Of a DNA stretch of 64,000 bases, positions 58,581 to 64,000 are shown piece after piece. Within the stretch, counting starts at the first letter, position 1; each line of letters opens with the position of its first letter. This DNA comes from Leptospiraceae bacterium (GTDB taxonomy: Bacteria; Spirochaetota; Leptospiria; Leptospirales; Leptonemataceae). The notes under the pieces were generated by a model. The model saw only the letters and a list, made by a program, of their open reading frames with translations, ran no database searches and was not told where the DNA came from. The stretch lies in assembly GCA_040217195.1 (NCBI GenBank), contig JAVJNR010000004.1:672001-736000 (forward strand), read 5' to 3'. The translations under genes and the position numbers were made by a program.

Positions 58581-58939
58581 TACGAACCTCCTCTTGATAA
58601 ACAATGTACCAGGGTATACTGTCGCTAATTCTTTTTAAACATATAATGCAGCCGGATTACCCTCACCGGAGGATGATCAATACTACTCAAGCAGGGAAAG
58701 ATGGAATGCTTTTGCGATAATCCTTCGCCGACTCCATCTCAATGAACTATCTGAACAGTGGGCGCTGGTATTTGGGCAAACTCTGTGAGCTACACATCAA
58801 CGGCTGCCGCGAGTCCGGCTTTATCCAGGGTTGGCAGGCATGGATTCTTAATGCAATAGACTTTCAGAAATAGGTTATCAGTTGCCTGAGTGTTAATCCA
58901 TCATTGAATGTTTGGCACGGCTGATCGCGTTCAACTCAA

Positions 58940-60202
58940 TTACTTCTTTCGAGCAAGCATGAGCATGGATTCTTTCATTCCACTGCGAAGAATCCCATAA
59001 CTGTAAGGAAACGGAAGAGCTCCTTTGCTACTTTTCGCATATTCACTGGCCAGGGCCGGTTGCCTGAGATGATCGTAAGGGTCCAGCATACCCTTCAGAG
59101 CTACCGGTCTTGTATAGTTTCCATACAAATCAAGAATCCAGCCTTCCTCGAACATGCGATAGGGTACACCGGAATCATCCTGAAGAATAAGTCCACTTCG
59201 ATCCAGAATGCTTTGAGCCAGAGGCGCATATTTCTTGTTATGAAGTAGATACACCGCCGCTTTCATAATTGTATTTACGTTTTTCATATTTCCCAGAATC
59301 GCAGATTCAGGTTTCCCGCCGGCCGGATTCACACTTCCAGGGCCCAGAAAGATTTTGAAATAATAAAGAGTTTGCACAGTAGATTCGCGGTTTTCCCCGG
59401 AGCTCTGATTGCGAAAACGTATGCGAAGGCCTGGATGAGCGCCAGCACCGGTCACAATCTCTCCCTGCTGCGAAATGGAAACGGATTGCACAGAAAGAAC
59501 CTGTTGATCCTTTCGAGCCAGCCAGACTAGAAGCACCGGTAGAACTCCAGATAATTCAGGATTGCTCATTGTCTGAGACATTTTCCGGCTCTGGAAATAG
59601 TTCTCACCGGAGATATTCGTAATCACGGCTCGCACCGATGACAGTCCCCTGTCTGCGGAACGACTCTCCATATTACGCACTTCTGAAGGATTGCCGGGAG
59701 GTTCAGTGGCTACCAGAACGTAGAACGGAGCTCGAGGAAAGAATGTATGTGCATTTATGAAATCGGCACCGCTTAAGGGATAGAATACTGGCTGAGTACT
59801 GCGTTGCAGATAATCTTTGTCTGCTATCCATTTCTGGATCGGCTCAATGTTCTGACTTCGAATTCGGTTCCAGAGTCTATCCATGGAATTTCTATGACCT
59901 GCATCGGCTCCTTCCAGGCCAGCAATCAATCTAGCTGTTCGATTCCATACCGGGTCTTCGGCCTGGGTCTTCAGAACATCTTCTGATACCGGTAGATCTT
60001 GAGATCGGGCCCCATCAATTAAACCAGGCTTCTGGCCAGCACCACTGCACTGGGCGGCAAAGAGAAATACATATATAGAAAGAAGCAGAGAGAATAGAAA
60101 AAGAACCGATTCCCCCATTGCAAAGGCGGATTGCCCGAGTTCACGGTTGCTTCTGGTCTTAAAGGGATTGGTAGCAGTGTTCTGCAGATAGGATTGCTTC
60201 AT
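58940..60202 (-). CDS. Conserved hypothetical lipoprotein
   Basis: Hydrophobic segment ending AAQC; YPLSGADF, KAAVYLLH, QDDSGVP and LPFPYSYG motifs. Confidence 0.65.
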   Translation of the reverse strand: MKQSYLQNTATNPFKTRSNRELGQSAFAMGESVLFLFSLLLSIYVFLFAAQCSGAGQKPGLIDGARSQDLPVSEDVLKTQAEDPVWNRTARLIAGLEGADAGHRNSMDRLWNRIRSQNIEPIQKWIADKDYLQRSTQPVFYPLSGADFINAHTFFPRAPFYVLVATEPPGNPSEVRNMESRSADRGLSSVRAVITNISGENYFQSRKMSQTMSNPELSGVLPVLLVWLARKDQQVLSVQSVSISQQGEIVTGAGAHPGLRIRFRNQSSGENRESTVQTLYYFKIFLGPGSVNPAGGKPESAILGNMKNVNTIMKAAVYLLHNKKYAPLAQSILDRSGLILQDDSGVPYRMFEEGWILDLYGNYTRPVALKGMLDPYDHLRQPALASEYAKSSKGALPFPYSYGILRSGMKESMLMLARKK

Positions 60203-60265
60203 CTAATTTCCAATCGGCTGTCTGTGAGGCTGCCATCAACAGAAAAACGCAGGAAGACCAATGCG

Positions 60266-60293
60266 AAAAAGAGCCCCGTCTCAATGACGGGGC
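60266..60293 (-). terminator. Intrinsic terminator after creD
   Basis: GCCCCGTC-N5-GACGGGGC followed by TCTTTTT on the minus strand. Confidence 0.8.
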
Positions 60294-60327
60294 GCAAGAA
60301 GAAATACCCAGATACTAAGCAGAACGT

Positions 60328-61674
60328 CTATTCCCGGGTGGATGGATTGGTCTCAGCGCCCTTTTCAGACAGGCTGTACCAGTCCACATTTCGTGTAAGA
60401 TACATCACCACAGCCAGTAGAACAAAAAGTGCCACGGAACCCAGAAGCAAGGCTGTATCCTCACTTGTGAGAACCATAAACAGATAACTGTAGAGACCGG
60501 TCATCAGTCCTCCAGCTACCAGCGCCCGTTTCCGGTCTCTCAGAATGGCCAGGGTGTATAGCCCGATCAAAAGCACAACGGCCACTGCAGAAATCAGATA
60601 GGACACAGCAAAAGGCATATGCTCTGAAAAAGAAGTGAAGAGCACGTAAAAGATGACCATGGCACTACCCACCATCAGATACTGCACCGGATGGATTCTT
60701 CGAGTGCCAAAAATCTCAAACAGAAAGTACCCGGCGAAGGTTACCGTCAAAAATAGTATCGCATACTTTACTGCTCTTTCTGATTTCTGATAATGATCCA
60801 CCGGCAGGATCAATTCAAGACCAAACCTGGAAGGAAAAAGAGAGGCATGACTGGCCTGCTCCGAAGCCACAAATTCCTGGCCATAGCCTCGCCCAAAGAA
60901 TGAAGTGTTCCAGTTCGCTGTAAAACCTCCATCGGTAATATTATGGGAGTCAGGCAGCAGGGAGCCGGTGAATCCTGGATCCGCCCAGTTTGATTTAAGC
61001 TCCAGAGTGGTTGATTTACCCATGGGCGTGATAAAGAACTCACTGCTTCCCTGTAATCGCACGGAAAAAGCGAATTTAGCCACACCTCCCCTGGTAGGAT
61101 CTACATTCAGCGGAATATGTAATCCCTGGGCAAACAGTTCCGAGCCTGCAGTTCCTGGAAGGAAAGTTCGCTTAACTCCATTCCAGTCCATGGTCAATTG
61201 CTCTTTAATGCCCCGAGTATCCGGAATGGAGACTATGATAACTGCCTGATCCCAGAAAATTCTTCGAATCTCTCCGCGATAGGGAATGCTTCGCGGCAAT
61301 TTAAATGTTCCCTTTACATCCAGATCCAGAGTATACAGCACAGCTTCATAGATACCCCTTTTACGAGTCTTCGCCTGTAGATCGCCATTGAAATTCAAAT
61401 CCTCCGGCAGAAAATAAGCCTGATCCATTGCAACTTCTACCTGATCTTTGGTGCGGGCGGTGACCCTTTGAAAGGGCACCATGATAATTGGCCCCTGTAC
61501 AGTCTGAGCTCCGCCCCATCTAGATGCGATTTCGCTCACTGTGTCGTTGTAGCGAAACATCCTCTCCTCTATCAGACCACGCACAAACTGCACGGGAATC
61601 AAAAGCAGAAGTATTAGAAATCCGATGATCAAAATCCGCACCATGGCGGATCTACCAATATTTGAAAGATTCAT
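60328..61674 (-). CDS. creD: Cell envelope integrity inner membrane protein CreD
   Basis: WGGAQTVQGP, RKRGIY, SNWADPGFTG, YQKSERAVKYAILF, IHPVQY and MYLTRNVDWY motifs. Confidence 0.95.
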   Translation of the reverse strand: MNLSNIGRSAMVRILIIGFLILLLLIPVQFVRGLIEERMFRYNDTVSEIASRWGGAQTVQGPIIMVPFQRVTARTKDQVEVAMDQAYFLPEDLNFNGDLQAKTRKRGIYEAVLYTLDLDVKGTFKLPRSIPYRGEIRRIFWDQAVIIVSIPDTRGIKEQLTMDWNGVKRTFLPGTAGSELFAQGLHIPLNVDPTRGGVAKFAFSVRLQGSSEFFITPMGKSTTLELKSNWADPGFTGSLLPDSHNITDGGFTANWNTSFFGRGYGQEFVASEQASHASLFPSRFGLELILPVDHYQKSERAVKYAILFLTVTFAGYFLFEIFGTRRIHPVQYLMVGSAMVIFYVLFTSFSEHMPFAVSYLISAVAVVLLIGLYTLAILRDRKRALVAGGLMTGLYSYLFMVLTSEDTALLLGSVALFVLLAVVMYLTRNVDWYSLSEKGAETNPSTRE

Positions 61675-61887
61675 TTCTCCTCCTTGAAAGGTGCCCGGGT
61701 CTATGCGAACCGGTGTTCTTTCAGTTGAGACTATAATCGTATGGAAAGGTGGGATGAATTTGAGCGAAGTATGCAGGATAGAGAAAAGTTGGTGAGCAAA
61801 TAGACAATCAGATGATCACTTCCGGGACTTTTATGAGCGAACTGTGAGCAGGCTGCGGAGGTGTGGTCAGACACAAAGGTTGATGTA

Positions 61888-63458
61888 TTAATTCTCCGCC
61901 GGCAGCGGAAATTGAAGCCTGGAAATAACGCCATGACCATCGGTTGCGTTTCGCACAGAAACCCGGCCGCCATGAAGCTCCATCACTTCCTGAACAAAAG
62001 GCAGACCCAGACCGGTGCTTTTTCGTCCAGATCCTTTTCTGGGCAATGAGTAGAATCTCTCAAAGATTCGATCCAGGGCATACTCCGGAATGGGGGGCCC
62101 CTGGTTTTCCACCTCCAGGATTCTCCAGCTCTGGTCGGATTCCAATTCATCCAGAACTCGAACCTGGATTTCGGAATCTGATTCTGCAAATTCCATGGCA
62201 TTTCGAACTATGTTAGCAATAGCAATGCTGATTAAGAATCGATCCCCCATTACCAGAGTGCCAGTTTCAGAAGCAGTGAATCGAATGGGAAGACTGGACT
62301 TCTGGCTATCCAGAATTTCGCCAAGGGATACCGGCTCCAATTCTACCGATTTTTGATTCTCTACCGTGGCCAGATCCAGCATACGTTCAATCATATCCTG
62401 AATCCGAGCGGTTTCCTGCTGAATGTTCTGGACCAGCTGCCCTCTTCTGGCTCCAGGTGCCTCCTCCAGCAATTCCACTGATCCTCGCAATGCGGTTAAA
62501 GGACTCTTGATTTCATGATTCAGGGTCTGAATATACTTCTCTATGTAATTCTTCCCTTCCAGTTCCAGGCGCAAATCATCTAATGCCTGGCCAAGTTCTC
62601 CTATCTCAGTTCTGGGCAATGAAGGAAGTTGAACCCTTCGCCCTTTGCGCAAATCGGACACATACTGCGAAAGCTTTCGCACAGGCAAACTGACCCAGAG
62701 AAAAATCAAACCTGCAAACAGAAAGATTGCGCAGGCAGTAAGTAGAGCGGCAGTAAGGGATCGTCTCTGGGCCAGCTGAATAAATGGAGTAACGCTGTCT
62801 TTGGGCTTCATCACTGTGAGCACACCTACAATGTGTTTTCCATACCGGATGGGTGCAGCCACGTATAGAGCTCCGGTTTGTGGATCGGATTCCACCATCC
62901 GCGATGATCGGGCACCGTATTTTCCTTTTAAAGTCAGATATACATCGTTCATCCTTGATAGATCTTCGCCTGTACGCAGGCCACTGGAATCATAGAGCAC
63001 AATTCCATTATGATCGGTAACATATACAAACAGGTTCATGTGAGTCTTGACTATGTCATAGATTCTAGCTTCGAACTGTCTATCCTCGGCCCTTTCCATG
63101 ATTCGTTCCAATGACTGGGTAGCATCTGTGAGCCTTCTGGATATGCTTCTTAGATCGGCTTTGCTTAGATTTGATTGGCCCTGTGTAGAATCCGTGGACT
63201 GATAATCGGGATCGGGATGCTTATGCTTATCATAGGCAGATCCATTGTTCTGCTTTGCAGTGGCAGGGATGCGATAGGAGGGAAAGGAAAGCCTGGATTC
63301 CAGATACGCAGCCAGAAGATGGGCCGTATCATTCATAGACTCTTCTACTGATTCCAGATACCTGGGTCGAATTTCAGCAAGAGTAGACTGAATGAAATAG
63401 TAGAACGCTCCGCTCAGGATAAAAAAAAACCGGCCAGTAATCGAAAGAATAGCTTCAT
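61888..63458 (-). pseudogene. creC: Sensor kinase CreC, frameshifted in a T9 tract at 63421-63429 (real or assembly error)
   Basis: NDVYLTLKGKYGARS and HEIKSP motifs, RFYSLPR...STGLGL. ATG 63458 reaches TGA after 14 codons; one extra T restores MKLFFRLLAGFFFILSGAFYYFIQSTLAEIRPRYLESVEESMNDTA. Confidence 0.85.
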
Positions 63459-64000
63459 TTTTTTTCCTCTCGAAAGAATTCCCGTGGAATGCAGTATCCC
63501 AGACCTCTTCGAGTTTCTATGGGATCCGAACCAGGGTCCACTTTCCTCAGAGCGTTTCGAATGTTCTTGATTACAGTATCTACGGCTCGGTCAAAGCTTT
63601 CTTCCGGTTCAGTCCATACATGATCCATAATCTGCTCTCTGGAAAACACCATACCCGACCTATCCAGCAAGAGTCGTAGAGTTCCATACTCATAAGGACT
63701 CAGCGGAAGCTTTTGTTCTTTAAAATAGATTAACTGCGCACTTAGATCCAGACGAAAGGGGCCATAGATTCTTTCTCCCAGCCCGTCCTCATCTGGCCTG
63801 GATTGAGTGGAGTCTGCCGAAGATGAGTCTCCGTCGGGCACGGTATTCCATCTACGAAGGATGGCCTTTACCCTGGATACCACCTCTCGGGGCGAAAATG
63901 GCTTGGTGACGTAGTCATCGGCACCCAGTTCCAGACCCAGTATTCGATCTATTTCCTCTGCACGCGCAGTGAGCATCAAAACTGGAATGGAGTGATTCTG
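63455..64000 (-). CDS. creB: OmpR family response regulator CreB, N-terminus beyond the window
   Basis: LTAR...GLELGADDYVTKPFSPRE and winged helix DRAVDTVIKNIR...TRRGLGY; upstream of creC-creD. Confidence 0.88.
   Translation of the reverse strand, partial: QNHSIPVLMLTARAEEIDRILGLELGADDYVTKPFSPREVVSRVKAILRRWNTVPDGDSSSADSTQSRPDEDGLGERIYGPFRLDLSAQLIYFKEQKLPLSPYEYGTLRLLLDRSGMVFSREQIMDHVWTEPEESFDRAVDTVIKNIRNALRKVDPGSDPIETRRGLGYCIPREFFREEKK

Noticed and set aside
1..64000. Mobile element, prophage, tRNA or riboswitch bounding the denitrification or haem clusters
   Set aside because: No integrase, transposase, att-like repeats or recognisable structured RNA seen by eye; a covariance-model scan would be needed to exclude ncRNAs.

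Overview
A bacterial chromosomal window with no tRNA, rRNA, CRISPR array, integrase or transposase visible. Lipoprotein style and gene content suggest a Leptospiraceae-like spirochaete, but that is inference. From left to right it holds: (1) nfeD-slipin, a class II cytochrome c, a FadL-like channel, a sphingosine-1-phosphate-lyase-like enzyme and a DUF819/TetR pair; (2) a ~21 kb nitrite/NO respiration island (9.4-30.9 kb) with nirK-cytochrome c, an FGE/NirV-like protein, SCO, an AlgE-like porin, norCBQD, norE/F-like genes, a Crp/Fnr (DNR-like) regulator, NsrR, a hemerythrin and a DUF2249 operon, carrying seven TTGAT-N4-ATCAA-type boxes, most with a -10 hexamer at class II spacing; (3) housekeeping genes serS, tatD and cstA; (4) a haem uptake locus (exbBD-tonB, hmuTUV fused in frame to hemS, hmuY, TonB receptor) marked by a TGAGA-N5-TCTCA palindrome; (5) a hybrid kinase lacking its H-box histidine, an SDR, a cholesterol-oxidase-like enzyme, two tandem pairs of unknown paralogues and creBCD with a homopolymer frameshift in creC. 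The best candidate new system is at 16.7-19.2 kb: an FNR-box-driven DUF2946-like leader ORF (CPVC...RARDPP) whose Pro-Pro codons can pair with the Shine-Dalgarno of a downstream Met-rich, CCxxC-bearing exported protein. This looks like a copper-sensing ribosome-stalling switch for a putative copper channel supplying NirK. All family calls come from motif recognition by eye; no searches were run.
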